Positions 10,040 to 20,194 of a stretch of 64,000 nucleotides of DNA are shown here, piece by piece. Numbering within the stretch: the first letter of the stretch is position 1; each line of letters begins with the position of its first letter. A program made the position numbers and the translations under genes. The notes beneath the pieces were generated by a model. That model saw only the letters and a list, made by a program, of their open reading frames with translations. It had not been told where the DNA came from and did no database searches. Location: IMG/VR virus record IMGVR_UViG_3300024308_000016, positions 186,001 to 250,000 of that record, one strand, 5' to 3'.

Positions 10040-12931
10040 TCAGGTTTCGGGGTTGAGATTGGTGTCGGTGTTCTCGTCACCGCCTCCTTCTCCGCCTCCG
10101 AAGTCCATGTTCAGGTCCATGCCGCCAAAGCCCATGTCCCCGCCACCGAACTCATCACCGCTACCGCCACCACCGGAGCCTCCGCCTCCGAAGCCTCCCG
10201 TGTCTCCCTCGTCCCCGAGGTTCAGCGTCTTGGCATCTTCGGCAACTGCGTTGTCCAGCGGGATCATCTCCTTGGCGAAGTTGATCAGGTTCACGGCCAA
10301 GCCCTGGATGTGGTTCTTGGTCACGCTGAGCAGGTTGAACACCGGCTTACCGTCTTCCGACAGCGAGGAGATGTCCGCCAGCTCTGGCAGGATGTTGTTG
10401 CGGGCCATGTAGTCGCGCATGTACGCGGCTTTGATGGCTGGCCGCATCGTGGAGATCTTACCGATGAGCTCCTTGCCGTAGTCCACGCTCAGGATGTCCT
10501 CGGAGACGATGTAGTTCAGCGCCCTGTCCAGGAACTGTTCGTACAAGTCAAACTGAGTGGCCTGGTTCTCGATTGTCGTGGTGTCCGGAGACGGCAGCGA
10601 CACGTACAGGGAATTGATGGCTCGGTTAACGAGCTCCATCGCATAGTTCTTGGGGTTGAACTTGAAGATCTCCTTTTCCTCGTCGGGGATATTAGCAGCG
10701 ATTGCTCCCCACTTGCTCTTGATGATGTCGGCGATCTCTTGCACCAGCAGACCGTCACTGGTCGCAAGGCGTCGGATATCGTCGCTCATCAAGCCCGACA
10801 GAGTCTTTTGGTACTCAAGAATAGTCTGCGTAAAGATGATGTTGCGGTTGGCCACGGCCACGGCGAACTCAGGGTCGTACGTGGTGTCCATGAGCTCGGG
10901 CGGGATACCAAAGCCCATGTACAACTGCTGACCGAGCTTGTCGTAGAACTCACTATCAGGCAGCTTGTTCTCGTGCTGGATCTTGTTGAATTCAAAACCC
11001 GTGTCCGGGATCCGGGGATGTTCCGCAAAGCGAAACACGAAACCAGCTCGGTGGATCCAGTCCATGATGTCGTTGACCGCAAGGGTGGTCAGCGGATACT
11101 GGGGCTGGCGGGTCTGACTCATGATGTGCAGCGCTTCTTCGGCAGTCTTTTCCCAATCGGGATCCGTCTCGTCGAATCGCATCGTCACCTCTGTCAGCGG
11201 GATGGAGTTGCGCATCTCGCTGGTAGTGCGCGTCAGCAGCAGGCCAGCGCGCATGCCGATCAGCATCTTGTTGCGGTCCAGCAGCGAACGCCCCACGCCG
11301 TTGTCATGGAAGTCGAACGCAAAGTAGCTGATCATCTCAGCGGGCACAAACACGATACGTGTGCGCATGGAGCACAGCGTGCGCGCCATCATCAGAGAGT
11401 ACAGATCGTTCACATCCCCGATAGAGGCACCGCCCGGATATGCACCATTCATCATCCGGCCGATCACGTTCTCATCGATGATCTGCTCGAAGATCTTGGT
11501 GAGCTCCTGCATCTTGGTGACCTTGCCATTGGAGCCCAGGTTGCGAGCTGCCTTGGACAAGATCATCGAGCCCATGTTCTGTCCGCCAACAGCATTGGTG
11601 TTGTTGGTAGCATTGAACAGAGCTGACGCCCGAGCGATGGTTTGCTCGGAGTTGGCCAGTGTGATGGGATGACCCGTCTCATCATTCAAGATGATGTAAC
11701 CCAGGTGACGGCTTGGATCACCCGGGGCGTGGATCGGAATCACTGACTCAGACGGCAAGCTCTGCACCAAGGGGCGCCCCACCGAACGACGCGGAAGCGC
11801 CGACACACCAGGGATACGCAAGTGCGTGACGATGTTGGTGGGTGCCGCCTTGTACAAAGTAGCGCGAAACTGGTCTTCGTCGAGCTTGGAGACGTGGGCC
11901 TTTTGGTTGACCACACCGTACAGCTGCTTGCTGGAGCCCGGCACATGAGGACTTGCGCCTCCCACGGTGGGGGCGCCGATGGAGTCGTCGATGAAGTTGC
12001 CTTCTGTAGTGACCTTCAGATCTTCCTGGGTGGGTGTGGGTAGACCAAAATCGAAGCCATCCCAGTCCGAGGACGGTCGCTTCATCAGCTCATGGCGCTT
12101 GGTCGCCATGATCGCTTCCATGTACGCGGGCAGCTTCAGTGCGTCGATGTTGTCGGTGATGGTGATGAGGTCGAGCTTCTCGATCCCTTCTTCTTCCTTG
12201 CCATCAGGTCCTGTCTTGATGACCTCGAACATGATCGGCTCTTCATCGAGCATATCAGCTTCGGTGCGGTTGCCCATGGCACGCTTGAAGCTTTCCATGG
12301 TGAGCTTGCCGCCCTTGTTCTTAAACAGGGGACCGAAGTAGCCGCCCGACTTCAGGGACGTGCCACTTTCAGCAAACGAGCTCTTCAGATGCTCGATGCT
12401 CAGGGTGTGGCCGCTGTTGATGATGCGGTCGACTGCAGCTTCGGGCAGCACCAAGCGAGGGTGCGAGCCTTTGATGAACAAAGCGTCCTTGATGATGGGA
12501 TACAGACTGTTGGCGTAGTCGTAGTTCAGCTCCATCTCTTCTTTGATCTTGTCGGAGATAAGCTGTCGGATATCGGGAGGCAACCACTCCATTTTCAGGC
12601 TGTAGGTCAATTCCCGCTTGGTCATATCTTTTGGCGATAGGATCGAGGAGATCAAAACGCGGCACGCCCACTCGATCTCGGGCATCAGCTCTATGGCGTT
12701 TTGATTGTCGATCTGTCGGATCTGCTGCTCCTGGGAGATCTTCGTCATATCCGACTGGCTATGAGCGTTCACCAGTGCGGAGCCACGATTCTTTGTATCG
12801 TGGTGAGGCATGTTCCCAGCGCGCAGCTTACTTGCGAATGCAATCCGATTCACACTGGAGCCGACCGCCGACTGAGCAAGTGCTCGGCGGCGGCTATCGG
12901 ACAGTGATGTGTTGGGAAGGTTTTGATTCAT
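10040..12931 (-). CDS. Portal protein (phiKZ gp129-like)
   Basis: 963 aa; LISSILSPKDM and FAFDFHDNGVGRSLL motifs recalled from phiKZ-like portals; divergent from structural genes; Gly/acidic tail. Confidence 0.7.
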   Translation of the reverse strand: MNQNLPNTSLSDSRRRALAQSAVGSSVNRIAFASKLRAGNMPHHDTKNRGSALVNAHSQSDMTKISQEQQIRQIDNQNAIELMPEIEWACRVLISSILSPKDMTKRELTYSLKMEWLPPDIRQLISDKIKEEMELNYDYANSLYPIIKDALFIKGSHPRLVLPEAAVDRIINSGHTLSIEHLKSSFAESGTSLKSGGYFGPLFKNKGGKLTMESFKRAMGNRTEADMLDEEPIMFEVIKTGPDGKEEEGIEKLDLITITDNIDALKLPAYMEAIMATKRHELMKRPSSDWDGFDFGLPTPTQEDLKVTTEGNFIDDSIGAPTVGGASPHVPGSSKQLYGVVNQKAHVSKLDEDQFRATLYKAAPTNIVTHLRIPGVSALPRRSVGRPLVQSLPSESVIPIHAPGDPSRHLGYIILNDETGHPITLANSEQTIARASALFNATNNTNAVGGQNMGSMILSKAARNLGSNGKVTKMQELTKIFEQIIDENVIGRMMNGAYPGGASIGDVNDLYSLMMARTLCSMRTRIVFVPAEMISYFAFDFHDNGVGRSLLDRNKMLIGMRAGLLLTRTTSEMRNSIPLTEVTMRFDETDPDWEKTAEEALHIMSQTRQPQYPLTTLAVNDIMDWIHRAGFVFRFAEHPRIPDTGFEFNKIQHENKLPDSEFYDKLGQQLYMGFGIPPELMDTTYDPEFAVAVANRNIIFTQTILEYQKTLSGLMSDDIRRLATSDGLLVQEIADIIKSKWGAIAANIPDEEKEIFKFNPKNYAMELVNRAINSLYVSLPSPDTTTIENQATQFDLYEQFLDRALNYIVSEDILSVDYGKELIGKISTMRPAIKAAYMRDYMARNNILPELADISSLSEDGKPVFNLLSVTKNHIQGLAVNLINFAKEMIPLDNAVAEDAKTLNLGDEGDTGGFGGGGSGGGGSGDEFGGGDMGFGGMDLNMDFGGGEGGGDENTDTNLNPET

Positions 12932-12957
12932 TTTGATTCTCGGAAAGGGGATAAACC

Positions 12958-15144
12958 GTGGCTACTCGTAATACGAATAGCGCCATAGAGGCCTATTTGA
13001 GTGACACAGTCTCTTTGGTGCGATCTCTCGTTGTGAAGTCCGAGATCACAGCCAAAAAGATCAATCAAGCTCTCGTCAAGCAATATGGCGAAGCCGCCGT
13101 GCTCCAGGACTTTCCTGAGACCTGGAAGTACTATATGAACCTGGCCGGTGAGTACCATAAAACCGACCAGATGATGAAAGTCATATCATTGGACACCCAC
13201 GAGTGGATCGATTTCACCGTGGAAAACATGAAGTTGCATATCGCAACTGCCAAGGCTTATCAGCACGGAACACGCTACTACTACAGCCTGGCTCGGAAAT
13301 ACCCGAGCCAGGTGCCATTGATTTTGGCCATCACTAACCCCGTCAACAAGCAGCGCGCCATCGAGGCGCCGGATGTAACCATCTTGGCTTGGCGGCGTGA
13401 CTTGGTGGAGACTCAAGAAGACAACCTCATCTTGGAAATCCAGACCTATATCCGCAACTATCTGTCGCGTAATACGGTCATTGGGTTTAACAACATCTAC
13501 GACTACTACCCGGTTCTTACACTGGCTAACTTGTGGATGAGCCTACCCAGCAAGATCATGAACATCCGGCTGAGGAACTGCAAGACGGAGAAGACCCACT
13601 CCTTCCATATGACGCAGTACCTGGCCAGTCACGGGCGCCTGGATCGTTTCATCCCGTACTTGACGCTCGAACAGGTCATGTACCTGTACCACAACATCGA
13701 CCGCCTCAACAAGCACGCCGGGAAAACCGAGATCTTCAAGGAGCTGATCCACTGGATCCTTGTGCTGCGCCGGGTCCCTCTCAGCGAGTACACGATCCGC
13801 CAGTTGCAAGAGTTTGGCTCTGACATGCTGCCCACTTTGCGAGCCAAGCGAACACCACTGTCGACGCTGGACAATACGGCAGAAGCCGCATATGTGGACA
13901 TGGACATCTTCTTTAAGAAGGAAGCAGGCACCCAAAAGGGAAACCCCCGCTACTTCGAAGTGGCCCTTCCCCGTATCGAGCACTCTTTGAAAACGTTCAA
14001 CGGATCCACCATCCTTACCAAGGACCTGGAGTCAGCCATGGTGGACTACACCAACGCTGTGCCTGACCCTCTTCCAGATGTGATGATGCGCCAGTGGGCG
14101 TACATGGCCACCAACAACCTGTACAACGTGGTCGTGTCCTTCTCGCATCCAGGAAGTGGAGAGAGCTTTAGCCTCATGGCCAAGGACGCTCTGATCTACT
14201 ACAGCTACGTGTACCTGAATGCTCATGGCGTGACAGTGACGAAGATCCCGAACTTCTTCAACCTGAAGTTCCGTCTGAACCCGCTACCCAATAAGGACGA
14301 GCTATACCGCCTGGTGCCGGATAAGTTCCCGGAGCTGTATGACTGGATCGACAAGATCCTCATCCAGCAGCCTCGCCTGTATCCTTGCACATCTATCCAG
14401 ATGTTCAATGATCTCACCACCCAGATCTACAATCGAGCTCTGAGCTACTGGTTGGAAATGGGTGCGATGAATGACCCATTGAAGCGTGGTGTCGCTGGTT
14501 GCATCGTCAGCAAGCTCTATGGCGCGGAGATCATCGAGCTGGCGGAACCCGGGCAGACCATTCAGTCGTGGCTCACTGAAAACAATATGCCGGTGTATGA
14601 CTATACCCGCGAGGAAGCCAATACCATCCTCAAGCAAATCTACGAGAACGCCACAGGTATGGCGCTCGACGACACCAAGAGCTTGAAGGCGATCCAAAAG
14701 GCACTGCTGGAGCTGTTCGGTCAGCAGTCGTCCTACGCCATTCAGTTCATGCGTGAGATCAACGATTCCGACATCATCCCGCTGACGGGCGCTGCTATCC
14801 GGATCGGCGTCGACGGCGAGGAAACTCATGATGAAGTCCACATCCTGGCGCCTGTACGGATACTGGATGTCCAGCAAGAGAGTCATGACAATGTTTATGT
14901 ACCGATCGCTGATATCAAGGTCGAAGCTGACCTCGATCAAATGGCCCATGAGGTCCATCTGGAGGCGGAGGTGCATATCAATCTGGAAGGCCAGCAAGAG
15001 TACTACGTATCCTTGCCTGTGCCTGCTGTCCGCATCGAAGAGCCCGGTATGAGCCCAGACGCTCAGACCGATCGATTCTACCCGATGGACTTCTACAACA
15101 AACTGTCGCCCGCGCAGATCGCTGGTATCGCCAACAACTTGTAA
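12958..15144 (+). CDS. Virion structural protein (baseplate-wedge-like, phiKZ gp128-like)
   Basis: 728 aa; TWKYYMNLAGEYH and HSFH..QYLASH motifs; synteny with portal. Confidence 0.7.
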   Translation: MATRNTNSAIEAYLSDTVSLVRSLVVKSEITAKKINQALVKQYGEAAVLQDFPETWKYYMNLAGEYHKTDQMMKVISLDTHEWIDFTVENMKLHIATAKAYQHGTRYYYSLARKYPSQVPLILAITNPVNKQRAIEAPDVTILAWRRDLVETQEDNLILEIQTYIRNYLSRNTVIGFNNIYDYYPVLTLANLWMSLPSKIMNIRLRNCKTEKTHSFHMTQYLASHGRLDRFIPYLTLEQVMYLYHNIDRLNKHAGKTEIFKELIHWILVLRRVPLSEYTIRQLQEFGSDMLPTLRAKRTPLSTLDNTAEAAYVDMDIFFKKEAGTQKGNPRYFEVALPRIEHSLKTFNGSTILTKDLESAMVDYTNAVPDPLPDVMMRQWAYMATNNLYNVVVSFSHPGSGESFSLMAKDALIYYSYVYLNAHGVTVTKIPNFFNLKFRLNPLPNKDELYRLVPDKFPELYDWIDKILIQQPRLYPCTSIQMFNDLTTQIYNRALSYWLEMGAMNDPLKRGVAGCIVSKLYGAEIIELAEPGQTIQSWLTENNMPVYDYTREEANTILKQIYENATGMALDDTKSLKAIQKALLELFGQQSSYAIQFMREINDSDIIPLTGAAIRIGVDGEETHDEVHILAPVRILDVQQESHDNVYVPIADIKVEADLDQMAHEVHLEAEVHINLEGQQEYYVSLPVPAVRIEEPGMSPDAQTDRFYPMDFYNKLSPAQIAGIANNL

Positions 15145-15159
15145 CCCCGAGGTATCCCC

Positions 15160-16029
15160 ATGGAAAAGACCGTACGCACCGCCATCGGTGCGCTGATCCA
15201 AACTGCGCAAAAGCATAACCTGCCCTACGAGTATCCCCCGAACTCGGTGATGAACCAGATCCTGGACATCTTCCCTGATCGGCTGCCTCCCAGCAATCGC
15301 ATTCCCTACTCCCAGTACTTCGCCATCGGTGACGGTGCTCTGACAGCGACATTCGCCGCTGACAACACCCTGGAGCTGTGGCCCATTCCTCACTCGCCTC
15401 GCCACACAGGCTTGTACAGCCAGCGTCCTTTTGTGCTGCGCCCCTACAACCAGGACCTCAACACCCAAGAGCGTGCACGCTTTCGTGGCCGCAAAGTGCT
15501 GGATCTGGGCGGCAACAAGATGGTGGCATACTACCTGCGCCGCATGGACTTTGCGCAAACCCAGGCTCGCCTGGAGTACCGCGTGATCTCCAACGGTACT
15601 GTGACATCGCAGCCCTGGGCGCCTACCGCTGACGATCAAAAGCCCAAGCGGCCTACCATCAATCCGGGCGAAGTCTATGTGACGGGTGATGACTACATCG
15701 CAGCGACTGCCAAGAGCAAGCTGATCTTCACCGCCTGGGACATCAAGGAGCTGATCAACGTCTCCAACATCTTGCTGGGCACCAACAAGATCATGACCAT
15801 CTCGGAGCTGGCGATCTGTTCGGGCCTGGATGAAGCCGTCACTGGTGATGTCAACGGCTCCATGATCCAGTACCAAGAAGCCATGGGTGTGCAGATCACT
15901 GACTTCATCAGCACTCTGCTGCCGCCGGTGTACAACGAAGCGGGTGCCTCCATCAACCTGGATACGGGCTCCACTGAGCCGCTGCTGGTTCTCAAGCCCC
16001 AGACCCAGTTCACTCCCGGTACTCCGTAA
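15160..16029 (+). CDS. Virion structural protein (phiKZ gp127-like)
   Basis: 289 aa; YFAIGDG, PFVLRP and AYYLRR motifs; GAGG RBS. Confidence 0.65.
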   Translation: MEKTVRTAIGALIQTAQKHNLPYEYPPNSVMNQILDIFPDRLPPSNRIPYSQYFAIGDGALTATFAADNTLELWPIPHSPRHTGLYSQRPFVLRPYNQDLNTQERARFRGRKVLDLGGNKMVAYYLRRMDFAQTQARLEYRVISNGTVTSQPWAPTADDQKPKRPTINPGEVYVTGDDYIAATAKSKLIFTAWDIKELINVSNILLGTNKIMTISELAICSGLDEAVTGDVNGSMIQYQEAMGVQITDFISTLLPPVYNEAGASINLDTGSTEPLLVLKPQTQFTPGTP

Positions 16030-16075
16030 CAGGCGATGAGCCAGGGCCTACGGGCTCTGGCCTTCATAGAACCGT

Positions 16076-16666
16076 ATGGCATTCTTTGACGCAGACCTAT
16101 ACCGCACATGCCGACTCATGTGTGTGGACCCGGGATTGGGTAATGTGGGGGTCTCCATCTTTGAGGTGCAGACCCGCACGGGACTGATCGAGAGTATCGA
16201 TATCGAATCGTTTTGCACCGACAAGCTGTATCCGCGCTATGGCCTGGATATGGACTATACGGCAGAGCGGCACATTCGCTTGCGCAAGATCCGAGATCGC
16301 TTCTACGACATTGCCATGGAGTACAGGCCTTCGTACTTCATCCATGAGTCGCCCTTCTACAATCCCCGCAGGCCCAACGCTTACGCAGCGTTGGTGGAGG
16401 CTCTGTCCCAGATGCGGGAAGGCGTGCTGGAGGCCAACCGCTACACCTACATCGAACCCATCTCCCCGCAGGCGGTCAAGAAGGGCGTAGGCGCCGGCGG
16501 CTCCAAGGGCAAAGAAATCATGATGGAGCGGGTATTCCAGATCTCGGAAATGATGGACGTGCTCAACTACGATCGAGACGAGTTGACCGAACACTGCATC
16601 GATTCCATGGCCGTTGGCTGGACTGGTATCCGTACTGTCATACGGCACCAGGAGGGCTGGCTTTAA
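16076..16666 (+). CDS. ruvC: RuvC-like Holliday junction resolvase
   Basis: VDPGLGNVG, HESPF, AVKKGVG and EHCIDSMAVG RNase H-fold motifs. Confidence 0.85.
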   Translation: MAFFDADLYRTCRLMCVDPGLGNVGVSIFEVQTRTGLIESIDIESFCTDKLYPRYGLDMDYTAERHIRLRKIRDRFYDIAMEYRPSYFIHESPFYNPRRPNAYAALVEALSQMREGVLEANRYTYIEPISPQAVKKGVGAGGSKGKEIMMERVFQISEMMDVLNYDRDELTEHCIDSMAVGWTGIRTVIRHQEGWL

Positions 16667-16690
16667 GTAATCAACCAAGGACAGGCCTAT

Positions 16691-17188
16691 GTGCCTCTAA
16701 TATGTATGCCTGACTATATACAACAGCATGACGACCATCTGCGGCGCTATGCGGGCAAGCTTGATCTCGGCCTACTCAACAAAGTTCTGGTCGCTATCTT
16801 GATACTCCTCATGGCCTGGTGGTTGCTCACCCCGGTACGCAGCATGATCGGTACTTGGGTTGGCTACAAAAGCCGAGACACCCTGGTGGCGGAGGTAGCC
16901 CAAAAGGACAGCACCATCGAGCAGCTGATGGTGATCAATCGCAACAACGACGCGCAGCACGAGATCCGTAAGGATGTCGACAAGATCGCTGAGACCGTTC
17001 TCACTGAGGAGAAGGCTGAGTACAAGCAGCAGGTCGTCCAGACTCGGGAGCGAGTCAAACAGATGCGCGATAAGATCGAGACCATCAAGACTCAACCTCC
17101 GGATCCCGCAGTGAATGTGAACGACCGTATCTCTGAGGAGATCATCGACAGTCTGTGGGATAACTTCAACGCCCTGAACAAGGAATAG
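16691..17188 (+). CDS. Putative i-spanin (Rz-like)
   Basis: Single N-terminal TM helix, then periplasmic coiled coil; directly upstream of a lipoprotein gene. Confidence 0.7.
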   Translation: MPLICMPDYIQQHDDHLRRYAGKLDLGLLNKVLVAILILLMAWWLLTPVRSMIGTWVGYKSRDTLVAEVAQKDSTIEQLMVINRNNDAQHEIRKDVDKIAETVLTEEKAEYKQQVVQTRERVKQMRDKIETIKTQPPDPAVNVNDRISEEIIDSLWDNFNALNKE

Positions 17189-17521
17189 ATGATGCGTATC
17201 TTCACCAAGCCCCTGATTCTGACCGCGGTGGTGATGCTGTTTGCCATTTTGGCCGGCTGCTCTACAGCTCCCACTCAGGTCCCCGTATACCGGGACCGAC
17301 TCGTGCCGGTCACTGTCCCTGAGACTTATTACGTGACCGAGGACGCTCCAGCGCCGCCCCAAAAGGCGGAGTATATGGCGCTTACCGACAAGCAGCGTGA
17401 AGCCCGTCTTGCCGCTTACGCCATGGAGCTCCAACTTTATGCTCACGGCCTGAGAAAGCGCATCGATGCTATCTTCAAAGCCAGCCGTGAGATCAAGCAA
17501 CGCATCGAGGAGAGTAACTGA
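17189..17521 (+). CDS. Putative o-spanin (Rz1-like lipoprotein)
   Basis: Lipobox LAGC after a signal peptide; Pro-rich segment and C-terminal helix. Confidence 0.75.
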   Translation: MMRIFTKPLILTAVVMLFAILAGCSTAPTQVPVYRDRLVPVTVPETYYVTEDAPAPPQKAEYMALTDKQREARLAAYAMELQLYAHGLRKRIDAIFKASREIKQRIEESN

Positions 17522-18327
17522 TGAGTCAGTCCAACACCGAAACCGAACTGGTCTTCTACGCCAAGCTGTTGAGCTACGACGGCCTGGATGAGGCCGAAGT
17601 CATCGAAGACCACATCCAGCTGGAGAGCACTTTCACCACAGGTCCACGTATGCGCGTGCGACGGGTCACACCCATCAAGGGCGGCGCAGAAGGCGCTGGT
17701 GATCAGTACATCCTGACCCTGAAGGTGAAGGTGCCCGGCACCGATGAAGTCAATGCTTCCACCGAGACCGATGTGACTGTGGACCGCAACTTCTACCAGA
17801 ACTTCGGCCAGACCGCTACCCGCGGCATCAAGAAACGCCGCTACCACTTCACGGGTGAGCCACCCACCATCAACGGCCAACCCATCGCTGGTGTGCCGCC
17901 ACTGACGTACGAGGTCGATGTCTTCACCGGCCCCAACGGCAAGGTGCCCTACATCAAGATCGATGTGGAGCTGGACAAGTTCCTCCAAGCGCTCAAGCCC
18001 CACGGCTACACGCTCGACGATGTCCGGCAGAAGTTCACCTTCGAGTCACTACCCCTGCAGATGGAGGGCGTCTTCTATGGCCCCGACCAAGACGAGCAGC
18101 AAAAGGCGCTGCTCGACGATCTGTGGCAAAACCAGTTCGTCGTTCAACTGAACCCCGAGATCTACACCAAGCAAGAGGCCGAAGTTCCGACCCCGGAGCA
18201 GACGGCGGAAACTCAGGTGAAGGACGAGGAGGAACTTCAACAAGCGCAGCAGGTCCAAGAAACTGAGGAAACTCAGGACAACGAGGACCTGGAACCCGAA
18301 AGCGAATCGGGGGAGGGTAATGGATGA
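17521..18327 (+). CDS. CYTH / triphosphate tunnel metalloenzyme-like protein with acidic tail
   Basis: N-terminal ETE motif, RMRVRR, LTLKVK, IKKRRY, YEVDVF, IDVE. Confidence 0.65.
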   Translation: MSQSNTETELVFYAKLLSYDGLDEAEVIEDHIQLESTFTTGPRMRVRRVTPIKGGAEGAGDQYILTLKVKVPGTDEVNASTETDVTVDRNFYQNFGQTATRGIKKRRYHFTGEPPTINGQPIAGVPPLTYEVDVFTGPNGKVPYIKIDVELDKFLQALKPHGYTLDDVRQKFTFESLPLQMEGVFYGPDQDEQQKALLDDLWQNQFVVQLNPEIYTKQEAEVPTPEQTAETQVKDEEELQQAQQVQETEETQDNEDLEPESESGEGNG

Positions 18328-18769
18328 TCCCCAAGTAAAGTCTCATACGCTCACGGAGATCATCGACAGGTTCGTTGCCATTGGAAATGCCAAGTACAAT
18401 GGCAAGATCCACGATAATGTCCTGAACATTTTCTTTGAGATGGACCTCGAAGACCAAAAGAATCTGCTGCGTGGCGTCGTGAATGTACGAGCACTTGCAG
18501 TGACTGCGGATATCTTCAACCCCCAGATCTCTGATGCGGCAAAGATCCCTATGCCCTCAGCATCCACGACACCCAAGTCCAAGACCTCCGAATCAGGTCC
18601 GACTGAAACCTCTACTGACTCTACCTGGCTCTACCAGGTAGGCACTGTGATGGCTATTTGTTTACTGCTTGCCGTCGGCTACGCATCTGTCAACAACGAC
18701 CCAGATAGCATCAAGGTACTGGAAGCCCTTGTCAACATCATCAGTGTCGCCAGTAGCACTGTCAAATAA
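18320..18769 (+). CDS. Hypothetical membrane protein
   Basis: GGGAGG RBS; hydrophobic helix near the C-terminus. Confidence 0.6.
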   Translation: MDDPQVKSHTLTEIIDRFVAIGNAKYNGKIHDNVLNIFFEMDLEDQKNLLRGVVNVRALAVTADIFNPQISDAAKIPMPSASTTPKSKTSESGPTETSTDSTWLYQVGTVMAICLLLAVGYASVNNDPDSIKVLEALVNIISVASSTVK

Positions 18770-18783
18770 GACATGCGCATATC

Positions 18784-18820
18784 CCCTACTCCCGAGCCCT
18801 TGCGGGCCGGGAGTAGGAGG
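18784..18820. terminator. Bidirectional hairpin terminator
   Basis: CCTACTCCCG..GCCC-TTGC-GGGC.CGGGAGTAGG between convergent genes. Confidence 0.7.
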
Positions 18821-18832
18821 TATGTCTATGCC

Positions 18833-20119
18833 TTACAGAACAGCGGTGAGCTTTTTGCTCCTTTTCTTGATGTCAACGCCCCCGATCTTGAGCAGGTAGC
18901 CCGTTGTTCGAAAGTACGCCTGGTTGTACGGCATCAAGTTGTCGGAGATGGTTTTGAGCGTTGGCAAGATGGCTGAATTGAAAGCGAAGTGCTTGTAGTA
19001 AGGGTCTTGCACCCTCAGTGCCCACCAGCGGTACTCTTTGACCTTGGAGTACTCAACGTGTTTGCCGTAGCCCATGATCAATGGCCACTTCGGCTCCTGG
19101 TAGCTGGTGAGGAAACCTGGCAAATTGGACACACGCACGTTGAAGTGTTCAAAGAAGATCTCCGGCGAGTCGACCACCACCAAGAAGCTCTGGCTGAGCA
19201 TCATGAACTGCGTGATCACCTCATCACTCCATAGCGACTCTTGGTTGATAGCCTCGGCATCGACGCCATTGGTCTCGCGGATCACATTCATGGAGCTCAT
19301 GTCCAGCTCCTTGTAGGAGTTGAAGTAGCGCTGCACATAGGGGATGCCCTTGAGCTGGAAGACAAACGTCTGATCCCCATTTTGGTAGAACACGCCTTCT
19401 TGGGGAGGCACGATGTAGCCACCCAGCACCATAAAGACCGATTTGTTGGTCAGATCAACATCGGTGCGCAGAAGCATTCCGTCTTTGAGCTTGCCGTCCG
19501 GATTCAGGGGGATGATCTGTTCTTTCCTCCAAGGATGCTTTTTTACAGCTCCGATCCCCATGAAGCTCAAGATGCCGGTGTGCGAGCAACGCATCATGGT
19601 GGCGGTGGTGCCGCCTTGGATGATGTACGCTTCGTCCTCGGTGGCATCCGTTTGATGGAAATAGCCATTGACACTCAGAAGGCAGTGCGTATGCAGCAGC
19701 TCCATGTTGGTAGGCAGCCGCGGCCTGGTCAAGCGCAGGTCCGGCATATCGGCTACGGGGTAGTTGTCCGGCACATAGCGACCCAGCCATGCAGGCATGA
19801 TCTTGTAGCCGTGGAGAACTGCATTGGCATACTCGGCGTACTTGTAGTCCGCGTTGGGGAGTTCTGGCACTGTATTGAGCGGCAAGCCATTCATATCAGC
19901 GAGCCATTCGCCCACCGTTTGTTCGGACGTCGCCAGTGTGGTGACGTAGTACATCATGTTGACGTACATCTCTTTGTCCGTGTAGGAATCGTGCACGATC
20001 ACGATCGCTTTGCTGAAACGCCCGTAGACCTGGCGCAGCATAACGTTCTTTGTATCGTAGTGATTCCAGGTAGAACCGACCGATTTCTCGACGGCTAGGG
20101 TGTCAACATAGGTGTACAT
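18833..20119 (-). CDS. Virion structural protein (428 aa; real start MYTYVD at 20119)
   Basis: Phage-like codon usage only from 20119; CLLSVNGYFH and MVLGGY motifs of phiKZ-like structural proteins. Confidence 0.7.
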   Translation of the reverse strand: MYTYVDTLAVEKSVGSTWNHYDTKNVMLRQVYGRFSKAIVIVHDSYTDKEMYVNMMYYVTTLATSEQTVGEWLADMNGLPLNTVPELPNADYKYAEYANAVLHGYKIMPAWLGRYVPDNYPVADMPDLRLTRPRLPTNMELLHTHCLLSVNGYFHQTDATEDEAYIIQGGTTATMMRCSHTGILSFMGIGAVKKHPWRKEQIIPLNPDGKLKDGMLLRTDVDLTNKSVFMVLGGYIVPPQEGVFYQNGDQTFVFQLKGIPYVQRYFNSYKELDMSSMNVIRETNGVDAEAINQESLWSDEVITQFMMLSQSFLVVVDSPEIFFEHFNVRVSNLPGFLTSYQEPKWPLIMGYGKHVEYSKVKEYRWWALRVQDPYYKHFAFNSAILPTLKTISDNLMPYNQAYFRTTGYLLKIGGVDIKKRSKKLTAVL

Positions 20120-20194
20120 GATGGTCCTGATACTATGGCTTAACGCCTGAAGCCCGAATGCTTCGGGTATATGAAACTGTTTGAAGGAAGAATA

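Noticed and set aside
10100-10210. GGGGSGGGGS in the portal tail resembling a synthetic linker
   Set aside because: Embedded in a longer natural Gly/Asp/Phe/Met low-complexity tail with varied codons; no sign of engineering
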